Shown here piece by piece: positions 38,116 to 50,732 of a DNA stretch of 64,000 nt. Position numbers and translations under genes: made by a program. The DNA comes from Octopus bimaculoides (lineage: Eukaryota), in NCBI RefSeq assembly GCF_001194135.2, contig NC_069001.1, positions 186,162 to 250,161 of the forward strand, read 5' to 3'. A model generated the notes under the pieces. It saw only the letters and a program-made list of their open reading frames with translations. It was not told where the DNA came from and searched no databases. Position 1 is the stretch's first letter. Each line of letters opens with the position of its first letter.

Positions 38116-41100
38116 TTGATATGACAGATGTTCTACCATTGTATCAAAGCAATCCTTTGAATTTTTCCATTCATTTTTAGAAGCTTTGTTCGCATCAAAA
38201 GAATTTAGAAACTTTGGGAGGTGTGAAATAAATGATAACAGCGTTTAATATATTGGGTTAAAACTGCCTTGGCTGGAAAGAAAATCAAAGACTGTTTAAT
38301 CCTTTACAACAGTTCAATGAAGGCATCTACTATGGCACAAAGTGTACCTCAGAAAACTTGAGATGCTTAAAACATTGTCTTTTGCAGAGAGTGGAACGGT
38401 TGATTGTTACATTGTTGTTGTTGCTGTTGTGAGATGAGTGCATCTTGAAAGGGAAATCAAAAGTGACATGAAGCTTGGTACCAAATGGCTGGGCAGATAT
38501 CTTTGTAATCTGTTGTTGAAGGTCCCCCTCCGAAGAACAATCCGGTTAGCACTACTCCAGCTCCAATCTCTAAATCCTGCAGCATATTGGGGAGGGAGGA
38601 GGAGGAAGAGGAAGGTTAAAAGTCAACTGATGATGGTGGTGGTGGTGGTGAGGATGCTGCTGCTCAGTAACAACAGCAGCAGTACTGGTGGTGGTGGTGG
38701 TGGTGGTGGTGGTGGACCGATGACAGTAAAGAAGAATACTAAGCAAGAAGGTGGAAGGAGGAGGAGGAGGAGGAGGAGAAATGAGAGTAATAAAATGAAG
38801 TCTGTAAGAGAAGTCAAAAGAGAAACTGTTGTGGGGGGGGGGNNNNNNNNNNNNNNNNNNNNNNNNNNNNNNNNNNNNNNNNNNNNNNNNNNNNNNNNNN
38901 NNNNNNNNNNNNNNNNNNNNNNNNNNNNNNNNNNNNNNNNNNNNNNNNNNNNNNNNNNNNNNNNNNNNNNNNNNNNNNNNNNNNNNNNNNNNNNNNNNNN
39001 NNNNNNNNNNNNNNNNNNNNNNNNNNNNNNNNNNNNNNNNNNNNNNNNNNNNNNNNNNNNNNNNNNNNNNNNNNNNNNNNNNNNNNNNNNNNNNNNNNNN
39101 NNNNNNNNNNNNNNNNNNNNNNNNNNNNNNNNNNNNNNNNNNNNNNNNNNNNNNNNNNNNNNNNNNNNNNNNNNNNNNNNNNNNNNNNNNNNNNNNNNNN
39201 NNNNNNNNNNNNNNNNACTCTGAGATTAGATTTTCAAAATTTTTGTTTTTGTTAATTTTATAATTTATTATATTTTTCATTTTCATTTCTATCTCTTTTG
39301 CTTTTTTTTTTGTTTTGGTTTTAATTGTAAAAAAAAAAAAATCATTATCTTAAATTTTTTCTATCTATTTTTTCTCCTTTTTCATAAAATTTATTTAAGA
39401 TTCTGAAAATTGATATATGTCTGATATGTTTGTAAATTTTCAAATTTTTATGCAACCGTATTTTACAGCTTTGATTAACTACCACAACATTCTTTTGGAC
39501 AGTTATTCTTTGTTTTGGCTTTCTTTTTACATTTCATTTCCTTGTTCTCAGAGTGACACACACACACACACACACATTGACTGGAGTCAATGCAACTCAC
39601 AAGCACCTTCCTTCCAAAATTTCAGGCCCTGTGCCTATAAAGGATCATTATTTTGGCCTTCTGCAATTAGTGTTCAAATCATGTAAAAGCTGACTTTACA
39701 CACACACACACACACATCTATACTTACACATGCATGTACACACCTATACACACACACACTTGACAACTTGTGTTGGTGTGTTTACATCCCTATATCTTAA
39801 CAATTTAGCAAAGAGACCAATAGAATAAGTACCAGGCTTTACAAAAGGTAAGTGCCAGAGTTGATCCATTGACTAAAAATTCTCTAAGGTGGTGCCCCAG
39901 CATGGCCACAGTCTAATAATTGAAACATGTAAAAGATGGAAGAGAAAAGGTTGCTGTGTTAATAGCACAATAACTCTCAGAAAGAGATGAAAACTCATCC
40001 CAGTAGCAGCATCCAGTGAGAGTGCCAGATGCATTCCTGCATTTCCAAACCTTTTCAATGGCAAATACTCACAAGTCATGTGACCAATTGAGAATTCATT
40101 GTCTGCAAATATAGAAAATGTGAATAAGGCATTCATTGATGTTGTGAATGGCATCCTGACTAATTCATAAATTCAATATACGCAATTGAGATACACTGAA
40201 TCCTTAGCATTTCAACCAGCCGTGTCTGACCAAAATATTCTACTTGTTTCATGTTCCAACTGGCCAGATCCAGCCTCTCACACCTACCCAATGTCACTTC
40301 AAAAATAAACAATCCCATTATGAAAATCTTGAAGCTACAAGACAATACACGATTAATTCCAATAGACAAGCTTTACATTTGAAGAGCAAATTGAATGCTG
40401 AAGAGGAAGTACCCTCTGCAGACAGTTATTCCAATAGAATGCTGCCTCACCAAGACATTCCATATTTAACCAATGTTGTAGTTCATCCTTTCCAGAAGCA
40501 GTGGAAGTTACGTCTGCCTCCTCAACAAGGATTGAACTCAGAATGTAAAGGGACATAGCTAAATACAACTGAGTGGTTTGTCTGCTGCTCCACCAATTCT
40601 GCCACACAGCTTAATTAATAATAGTAAATAATCAAGTAATAATGTAATTGATATGTTTTTTTTTTTGATGTTGCTTTCGGATTTGATAGTTTTTTCTTTA
40701 TTTCTTTTTCTTTATTTTTTTTTTTGTTTTTATGTTATTACATCAATGAACTAAGAATTCAATGAGGGAATTGGTTTTGATTCTCTGTGGAAATGGTTTC
40801 AGCTGTGCTTACTTCTAACTCTACTTTGAATTATGCTATTGATAATGATTTCATTATTCAAAGACTAATAATAAAAACAATAATAACAATGATGATGATG
40901 ATGATGATGATGACCTTTTCTTTATTATTGCCACAAAGGTGACGGAAGAGAGGACATTACAGGATGGGGGTGGGGGATGTAGTGGTGGTGGGGAAGCTTG
41001 TGTAGAAACTGAATAATAAAAATGATAATAATAATAATAAAAACAATAATAATAATAGCAATGAAACTTAGAGTCAGGCATAAGATTGGCACAATGCCAT

Positions 41101-41569
41101 CCATTTTTCTATGAAGGAGTTAATCAACACCAGTGTATGATGTTGGTTTTATGTATCCTGAGGGTGTGAGAGACAAATTCTACCCCAAGCATTTTGTTAG
41201 AATAATATTAAAAAGCAGCAGCTGAGAAATGAAATTCCCATTTTTTTTAAAAACTTCTATTTCGATGCATTGTGTGTTGTTAAAGATTTTGATTACGTTT
41301 GAGATTTAAGGTTGTTGAACATTTTGCCTCTTATGGGAGTCACTTTGTTGATCAATATGCAAAGGCTGATAGCCAGACACTTCATTTCCCATTGCTCCAG
41401 TCCACTCGTCTGTAAATGGGTTACCCCTGCAATGGAGTGGCATTCTGTTGAGGGGGAAGAAAGTTGGCCTGCTCACTTGGCCATTGAGGTGGCATCATTT
41501 GAAAACTACAGCAATGCAAAAAAACGCATTGCGATCAGTGATGTATAACAACATTCAATGGTCTGACCG

Positions 41570-41622
<53 letters not shown>

Positions 41623-42159
41623 NNNNNNNNNNNNNNNNNNNNNNNNNNNNNNNNNNNNNNNNNNNNNNNNNNNNNNNNNNNNNNNNNNNNNNNNNNNNNN
41701 NNNNNNNNNNNNNNNNNNNNNNNNNNNNNNNNNNNNNNNNNNNNNNNNNNNNNNNNNNNNNNNNNNNNNNNNNNNNNNNNNNNNNNNNNNNNNNNNNNNN
41801 NNNNNNNNNNNNNNNNNNNNNNNNNNNNNNNNNNNNNNNNNNNNNNNNNNNNNNNNNNNNNNNNNNNNNNNNNNNNNNNNNNNNNNNNNNNNNNNNNNNN
41901 NNNNNNNNNNNNNNNNNNNNNNNNNNNNNNNNNNNNNNNNNNNNNNNNNNNNNNNNNNNNNNNNNNNNNNNNNNNNNNNNNNNNNNNNNNNNNNNNNNNN
42001 NNNNNNNNNNNNNNNNNNNNNNNNNNNNNNNNNNNNNNNNNNNNNNNNNNNNNNNNNNNNNNNNNNNNNNNNNNNNNNNNNNNNNNNNNNNNNNNNNNNN
42101 NNNNNNNNNNNNNNNNNNNNNNNNNNNNNNNNNNNNNNNNNNNNNNNNNNNNNNNNNNN

Positions 42160-42220
<61 letters not shown>

Positions 42221-42793
42221 CAATATATGATGACCAAATCTCATATACAAAAATAAATTCTGCCAGCACTTAGGTTACCGAAAGTCAGGAAGGCGATCAT
42301 AAGATGACCAACTCCTTCACCCTCCTGGGCTTCTTCGGCCTTGTCCAGCCTTGTCCAGCTTAATCAACTTTGTTACAAACAAACCAAGTATAAAAATAAT
42401 ATTCAACTCATCTGGAAGAATTACTTCTTTGGAAAGTACCAGAATAAACTTTTGCATGAAGAATTCCATATGGTACCAAACATGGAATTGTAACATTTAT
42501 TTTCTTGCATCCAAGCAATGCTTGAGTGATTTGTCTGGATTTCTGAAAGCTAAGTGCTATTTTAGTGTGACTTTTTATATAACTTTTATTTGAATTTTGT
42601 GGTTTGTATTGTGACTTTTTTTAGTTGACACTGACAGAGCTGAGAGGAGGCCATTGTTATGACATGTGTCTTTTATACAACCATACGTACTACACACATA
42701 TACATACTCAAACACAGAGATGCATGTGTGTGTGTGTATGTATATACACACGTACATACATATATATCATCAGTATTGTTTCATATGAATACA

Positions 42794-42829
<36 letters not shown>

Positions 42830-43059
42830 CACGTATGTACATACATGTGTAGTTGTGTGTATGTTTGTATATCTTTTATCTTTTACTTGTTTCAGTTGTT
42901 GTACTGTGGCCATGCTGGGGCACTGCCTTGAAGTGTTTTTAGTCAAACAAATGAATCCCATAATTTATACATGTGTGTGTGTATGCGTGTGCGTATAAAC
43001 AAACTTGCATTTTTATAGATTCCTATCAATTCCAGACAGAATTTGAAACCAAAACCGCA

Positions 43060-43265
43060 AAGTTGGCCGAATCTTTGCAACATTCGCTAAAATGCTTTGT
43101 GGCATTTCCTCTGGCATTTTCTGTTCCAGACTTCAAATTCCACTGAGGTTTGACTTTTCAAGGTTGATAGAATGCACATCAGTTGAGCATTGGGGGTCAG
43201 TGTAATCAACTAACCCCTGCTCCCTCTAGCCCAAGTAACCTTGTGTCAAAATTTGAATCAATAAT
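43060..43265 (+). mobile_element. SINE family A (old copy)
   Basis: ttcaaattccactgagg..gggggtcagtgtaatcaact..ccttgtgtcaaaatttgaa. Confidence 0.65.
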
Positions 43266-43380
43266 ATTATTATTAAAGGTATTGGGAATCAGAATTGATA
43301 GAGAACACCATAGCTTTGCATTCTGAGTTCTAATCCAAGCAGCACCATCTTGCTTTTATTCTTCCAGGTTCTATAAAATA

Positions 43381-43800
43381 CATCATCATCATCATCATCA
43401 TCACTATCAAGTTGAGCTTACTTGGATGTTAACCTGCACACACCACCCATCTACGTCTTGCATGAGTTGAGGGAGGTCTTTGAGGAGGAGGAGGAGGAGG
43501 AGGAGGTGAGTTGATCTGCACATGTTGTGTTTGGACAACCTGCTCCAGTATGGCCATACGTTGGCATCCACAGCAGCAGGCTACTTGCCAGCTCTTGTTT
43601 AGCTCGCTGGCAATGTCCCACAAAGTGCCTTTCCTTTATGAACAGACAGAAAAATCTCCATTCTGCTATTTCTTGGAGGGATGAGTTCTCCAAGACAGGT
43701 TCAAGACTTGCTCTTAACAAGCAGAGTCAATATATTTGGTCATTCCTTGCTCAGCATTGTACCTATGCTAGAAAATGATTACCTTTTTTTTAAGCATACA
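43381..43800 (-). mobile_element. RTE LINE 3' fragment with (GAT)n tail
   Basis: Minus strand reads MLRASL...KERHFVGHCQRAKQELASSLLLWMPTYGHTGAGCPNTTCADQLT, matching the RTE RRLRFAGHC..S..LLW.P.HG...GRP..TY.DQL motif. Confidence 0.8.
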
Positions 43801-44891
43801 TCTGTAGACTGAGGAACAGTTGAGTGAGAGCTGGCATTTGTGTGTGTTTCTGTATCTTCATATAACTTACATACACATACAACAGGCAAGCTGGTAGGCA
43901 CACACACACACACACACACAAGCATGTCCGTATGCATCATTAGATTATTATTAACACTGTCAGATCAGCAAAGACAGGTTCTTTGGATCTGTTTGTGACA
44001 TGCTCTTGGCATTTCCCTCCAAACCGTCCATTTAAACTCAGTTAAGCCTTGACGGGTTGAAAGCTGTTTCATCCTTGCTTACATTCTTTTTTTTTGTCTA
44101 ATATGGAATATGAAGAAGACATATTTTGAAATGTGTCAACTGTCACAGTTGACATAATATATAAACATATACACCGAAATCTTCACAAGCATGCATATAT
44201 ATATATATATATGTATACACACACGCATATGCACACATCCATTCACACACATGCACACATGGACAACTATGTACATCTACCGACACATGCATACACACAC
44301 ACACACACACACTCATAGAAGCAGACAATGACAGCTGACAGAGTATCACCAGAATGTCAATGTTTACAAGACAAGAGCAACAGAAAAATGATTCAACAGC
44401 TTTGTATCCTGTTACTAGCATTGACAGCTGTCCACGTGGCTGTAAACAGGTACCAAGGTGACAGAAATACAGGTGAAGCATGTTCATAATCATCCCTTTA
44501 TATTCAAAGTTGTCTCACCAATCTATATCAGGTTTCATAGTTTTGCAAGCCTCCCTAGTATTCATGGCATGAAAAAAGTACCAAACACACGCTGTACAGA
44601 GGCAGGCATTAGAAACTGTAGACACCATGCCAAGACAGAGAGTGTGGAGCATGGTGCAACCTTACCACTCATCGGATCCTAAATGCTCCAACCACAGAGT
44701 CACTACGAAGAACAGAAACAGGGAAACTCAGAGTAATGACGGAGGGCATTTTCTGGCTTGGCTTCAAATTAATGAAACAAACAAAAAACAAACAACTGCA
44801 CATACTTAATTCTTTTATACCTCTCATCGCCTGCTTCTTCATTCTAACACACACATATATACATATATACATATGTATTGTGTATGGATCT

Positions 44892-44950
<59 letters not shown>

Positions 44951-45198
44951 TATACATATGTATTGTGTATTATTTGTATGTATTTACATATAAGAATAAA
45001 ATTATGATTGATAATTTAGTGATAATTCTTGACAGCAGCTACATCTTTCTCTTGGCAGTTCTGCACACTGGCTGCAATCAACTTAATTGAGCTGCAATTA
45101 CTGCAGCAATTCACCATATTAGCTGCACATGTCAACTATTTATTTTGTAGTTGTTTATTATTTTCTTCTAATTGCTATCATCATTATCATCATCATCA

Positions 45199-45257
<59 letters not shown>

Positions 45258-47479
45258 TTTAAGCTTTCTTTGTTTCTCCTTCGGTAAAAATCTTCCATGA
45301 AAAGTTTTTGCAAGTAAAAAGCCTCAAGATGGATTTGGAAGAAGTTTTTTTTTTCCTGTTGTTGTTTTTTTGTTGATGTTGTTGGTGTTGTTTATCTCAT
45401 CTGATGTTTTATATTGTTTTGCAGTTGTTTTGTTTGTTTGTTTCCAAGTTACATTTTTCGTCAGTGCTTCATTGCATTTGTTAATATTGCTGTTGTTGCA
45501 GTCGTTGTTGTTGTTGTTTGTGTTGTTTGTTTGTTTTATTCTTGTGTTTTTGTTTGTTCTGTGGTTCCAATTATTTCTGTTGTTTGTGAATGTTTTATCT
45601 GTCATGGCAAGGATGGAGAGGTGATGGGGATGGTATTAATCCTAATGGTGGTGGTGGTGGTCATAGTGGTATCATTATTAATGCTATTAGTAGTGGTGGT
45701 GGTGGTAATGACAGTGATGATGCTAGTTGTAGTAGTAGTTGTGGTAGTGGTGGTATCGTCAAGAAAATATTTTGGTTGTTGCTGTTGTTGCTATTTACAG
45801 AAGTTTTCGCGATGGTCATGGTTGGAACCATTAGCATTAGAAGAAACTCTCTCTCTCTCTCAAGCATAAGGTGCTTGCTTCCCAACCAACAGGCCGTGGG
45901 TTCAGTTCCACTGTACAGCCATGTGTATGCAACTAACACCCAAATACTTATTTACAAATGTCAAAGCTTTTCTGTCGTTGCTCAACCTGCTCAGATCCGA
46001 ATGATGAGATCTTTCTCTAGGAATGTTATGAAGAAGTCATCAAAGTAAATGATTTTTACTCAGTTTCTAAAATTTGAAATATAATATTTTTAATATAAAC
46101 AGTTTTAGTCGAGTGGTATTAAAAGATTAAGTTCCAAACCTCCACTGAGACAGAAAGCCTAAATTTCCCTGATTAACCCAATTAAGAAATACCTAATAAG
46201 AGAACATAAATTTTGCTGACAAAGAAAATAGAACTGAAGTTGATAACTTTCTATTTTAAAGACTCTACTTCTACTTCTGCTCAATATTTTGCTTACCATA
46301 ATGATAGTATTTTAAATGAACAAACAATTTCAATGTAAAATTTTACAATTTTGCCATCAATAAAGTAACAGGTATCAAACTAGTAAATATATAATATAGA
46401 ATATTACACCATCCACAAAATGGGTGTGACTCTTTCTCACCTCCAATAATTGACAACATTCTTTATATATTTCTCCATACCTACCGATCCCCAAAGAGCT
46501 CATGTGTTTATCTAACATTCAGTTATCTAATTTCTGGTACAAAAAAAAAAAAAAGCAATTGGTAAGATTGGTGGTAATTGATCTATAATACTGTATACTT
46601 TGATTATTAAATCCTATTTATTGACTTTATTGATGAGTGACTGTATTTTCTAACTTATCGAGTCTTGGATGACTAGAATAGAGAAGCTGTGTCATTGTAC
46701 AAAGCGTATTTCTCTGTCATTGTTTAGCCTCAGGTTAGTCCTGACTCATTAGACACATGAGTCAAGACACATGAGTCAAGATCATCTCCTCTTTTATTCC
46801 TCAGACGTAATTGCATCCAACACAATGTAAATCATTGGGTTCTTTATTATATGTTTAAAACAGATTTGGCTGGTATTTCTAGCAAATCAAGTAATCCCAT
46901 AGAAGTTTCTTCTTCATTACCTCATTCACTTGACAGGGCTTTGTTTATAGTGCCTGGTCATGTATGGGTTAGGGTTAGAGATGGGGTTCGAGTTAGGGTG
47001 CTGGTCTGGCAATCAGGCCATCCACCAATCTTGTTTCCAGTCCTGTCTTTGTTGATATTGATATGGCCAGAGGTAAAGGTGGAGGTGTGTAGCTACTCAA
47101 ATGTCCAGGGGTTTCGATAACAATTCAAGTTGAAGTGGACAAGATGGACAGCATAGCACAATGATTTGCAAATCTCTTTCTCTTGTTTGCTCCATTACTT
47201 TGATATATTTCACCCTCCCACCCACATGTGAAAATATAAAGCATGGCCACCATTAGTGGTGCAGGAAATAAAAAAAAAACACAGGACAAGAGAATTACAG
47301 AATTAGTTTACTGGAATGATCTATTTGCCACCTGTCATGCAACTTTCTTTTTTTACCCTACATGGGATAAGTTTACCTATGTTGCTTTAAAATAACTGCT
47401 CCACAAATACATTGTACATCTTCAGGCATCCATTTTGGCCATTAGCACCTGGTCAACAATACTGTTTGAGAGGATTTAT

Positions 47480-47850
47480 GATCAAAGGCATCCTGGCATG
47501 ACCATCACATCCTAGTGAATTATTTTAGCAAAGTAGGGTGTATCTAGAACTATATCATTTAATGAGTGTCCTTCGGGTTTTTTAAGATTGTGGTGTGGGA
47601 TTTAAAAGAGAGTTGGCTGTTATTTCAAGCAAATCAAATGGCCATACAGAGGTTTCTCCCCTTTTGGTTCTGTTAATGAAGATGGTGGTGAAAGCAGTTG
47701 TGGTGGTCATGGAGTATTGCTGATGAGGAGAAGTGTATCTAGGACTACATTATTCAAAGCAGTTCCTTCGTGTTTTAAGATGTTGGAGTGTGATTTGACA
47801 GGGAAGGATCTGGTTGTGATTTCAAGCAGGTTAAAAAACCACATAGAGGT
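47480..47850 (-). mobile_element. Stacked reverse SINE family B fragments
   Basis: atgatcaaaggcatcctggcatgaccatc; agagttggctgttatttcaagca; gtgtatctaggactacattatt..gtgtgatttga. Confidence 0.65.
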
Positions 47851-47959
47851 TTTGCTCATTGGGATTCTGTTGGTGAAAATAACGGTAACAGCAGCTTTGA
47901 GATGGTCAAAGCTATTTGGACGGGAGAAGTTGTTTTGCTGATCCTATTGGACAGCGGAG

Positions 47960-47966
47960 GTGGTCT

Positions 47967-48031
<65 letters not shown>

Positions 48032-49820
48032 ATAGTAGTAGGAGGAGCAGCAGCAGTAGTAATAGTAGTCACAACAGCTAAGTTGGGGGTAATAGTGGTT
48101 GTGGGGCTGATGGTGGTGGTGGTCAAGATAGTAGAAGTAGTAGTAGTAGTAACCAAGCTGGTAGTAGTGTTAGTAGTAGTAGTAATCATTGGAACACTAG
48201 CAGCAGCAGCAGCAGCAGCCATAATGTTGTGGAAGGTTGATATTGGTAAACATGAGAATAAAGCTGATGGTCATGATGATGATGATGATGATGATGATAG
48301 CACCAACAACGATGATGGTGATGGTGAAGATGGTGGTTGGTGTGGGAAGAGGATTCGGTTGCAAGTTAAGCCTGGAAAGACAGTGTTTTGGTAGTCATGG
48401 TAACCGACCAGTGCACAGATGGTTGGAGAGTTAGGTGTGTTCAGTGAAGCGTGAAAGCAGCCAGTGAACAATCCCAGTTGGGAAGCTTCCAGAAAGTCTG
48501 GCCATGCCACCATGGCATGGCAGGATGGCTCATACCTGCAGATTATTACTCAAGTGGAGAAAAGCAGCTTTAAAAACAACATGCACAGCTTCAGCACTCC
48601 TCCTCCCCTTCTCCCTCCTCTTTATTCTTCTTCTCTTCTTCTTCTACTTCTTCTTCTTCTTCTTCTTCTTCTCCTCCTCCTCCTCCTCCTCTTCCTCCTT
48701 CTTCTTTTTCTTCATCTCCCCCCTCCTCCCCTTCTTCTTCTTCTTCTTCTTCTTCTTCTTCTTCTTCTTCTTCTTCTTCTTCTTCTTCTTCTCCTTCTTC
48801 TCCTTCTTTCTTCTTCAACTTCTTCTTCTTCATCATCTTCTTCTCAAGTAACTTGAGTCTATCTTTTTGCTTTTGATTGGTTGATCAATAAGTTGGTTGT
48901 TGTTGTTGTTGTTGTTTGTGGTGGTGATGGTGGTGGTGTGATGGTTATTCTAGTTGTGGTGGTGGTGGTGGTGGTGGTGGCACAATACCACCAACACCAT
49001 CATCATCATCATCATAAAACCATCATCATCGTAGCTCTCACTATATCCCCACAGCCATCACTGTCATCATCACAAATATCTGCCATCATCATCATAAACG
49101 TATTCTCACAACCATCATCATCATCATCATCATCAGTATAACCATCATATTCTTCACCTTCAGCCAGTATCCCTGTTGCTCTTTTCCTTCCCACAAACAT
49201 CTTAATGCTTCCTTTACATTCCTCCTTCCCATTCCTCCTTTCTTTCTTTTTATATTTTTCTGAAATTTGTTTATTTCCATCTATTTACCTTTTTTTATTT
49301 ATTTATTCATCATCATCATCATCATCATCGTCCTAGTTGTCGTTGTTGTTGTTGTTCTCGGTGTCAATCCTCGTTTGCCATTTTCTTTTCCTATTTTTAG
49401 TTTCTTTTTATGATTTTCTTCTATTTCCAGGTTTTCATTTTATCCTTCCAGTCATTCTTTGAATCTCAACAACACAACAATTGTTACTGCCACCACCACC
49501 ACCACCACCACCACCACCACCACCACCACCACCACCACCACCACCACCACCACCACTACAACAACAACTACTCTATCACCACCACCACCACCATCAACAT
49601 AATTTGAACAAGTGAAATGAAAAAACAGACACAACCAAGAAAACACATAACTGACCACATCATCATCGTCACCAGAACCACAACCATCATCATCATTTCT
49701 GTCATCACCATCATCATCATCATCATCATTTCTGTCATCACCATCATCATCATCATCATCATTTCTGTCATCACCATCATGATCATCATTATCATCATTA
49801 TCAACTTCATCAGCAACACT
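47960..49820. repeat. Dense trinucleotide-repeat block: (GTA)n, (GAT)n, (CTT/CCT)n of about 220 bp, (CCA)n, and a ~30-bp (CAT)nTTCTGTCATCAC unit repeated three times
   Basis: Directly visible at 47974-48030, 48620-48840, 49490-49555 and 49680-49780. Confidence 0.95.
48350..48530 (+). mobile_element. Probable decayed RTE (BovB-like) C-terminal fragment
   Basis: GSHGNRPVHRWLE and KQPVNNPSWEAS..MAWQDG resemble the GRP..RW.D and W..LA.DR..W motifs across frameshifts. Confidence 0.35.
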
Positions 49821-49837
49821 ACTATTCAATCTTCATC

Positions 49838-50385
49838 ATCATCATCACCGTTTAGTATCTGCTTTCCATGCTAGCATGGGTTGGACGATTTGACTGAGGA
49901 CCGGAGAACCGGATGGCTGCACCAGGCTCCAATCTGATCTGGCAGAATTTCTACAGCTGGATGCCCTTCCTAATGCCAACCACTCCAAAAGTGTAGCTGG
50001 GTGCTTTTATGTGCCACCAGCACGAGGGCCAGTCAGGCGGCACTGGCAACGGCCACACTCAAATGGTGCTTTTTATGTGCCACTGGCACGGAAGCCAGTC
50101 AGCTGCTCTGGCTCGGACGGTGCTCTTAGCGCTCCACTGGCATGGATGCCGGTCATCGAATTTGATTTCGATTTCACTTGCCTCAACAGGTCTTCGCAAG
50201 CAGAGTTTAGTGTCCAATGAAGGAAAGGTACGCATAAGTGGGCTGGTTACACCCCTGGCAGAGGCCATGGGTTATGGTCTCACTTGGCTTGCTGGGTCTT
50301 CCCAAGCACAGCATATTTCCGAAGGTCTCGGTCACTAGTCATTGCCTCGGTGAGGCCTAATGTTCAAAGGTCATGCTTCACAACC
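49838..50385 (-). mobile_element. RTE LINE 3' end: ORF2 C-terminus, complete ~430-nt 3'UTR and (GAT)n tail
   Basis: Minus strand reads VVKHDL*TLGLTEAMTSDRDLRKYAVLGKTQQAK* (stop at 50280-50282). The 3'UTR ends in gtccaacccatgctagcatggaaagcagatactaaacggtgatgatgatg. Confidence 0.9.
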
Positions 50386-50611
50386 TTCACCCCTAAAATT
50401 GCTGGTCTTGTGCCAAAATTTTGAAGCCACATACACACACAAACATATATCTGTATAAATATATTTATGTATAAATAGTTCGATATATATATGAATAGAT
50501 GCCGACACATATAAAATTGATTTTTGAGAGATTTCATATATAATATGAAGTTTTTTTTATTGAACTGAGGCAGAATGCTTACATAATATACACACATACG
50601 TACAAAGGTAT

Positions 50612-50662
<51 letters not shown>

Positions 50663-50683
50663 TATATAGAGAGAGAGAGAGAC

Positions 50684-50732
<49 letters not shown>

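Noticed and set aside
38480-38620. Protein-like frames on both strands (DLEIGAGVVLTGLFFGGG / GPPPKNNPVSTTPAP)
   Set aside because: Weak splice sites and adjacent low-complexity repeats. No basis to choose a strand.
40050-40470. Possible hAT transposase remnant (RGSTLCRQLF resembling GSTYLCEQLF)
   Set aside because: A single short motif similarity across many stops is insufficient.
46970-47105. Minus-strand frame LHTSTFTSGHININKDRTGNKIGGWPDCQ with C-ending codons
   Set aside because: Poor acceptor, runs into a TTAGGG-like tract, and has no recognisable family.
48271-48540. Minus-strand ~90-aa ORF after an AG
   Set aside because: Better explained as the antisense of a decayed RTE fragment plus (ATC)n.
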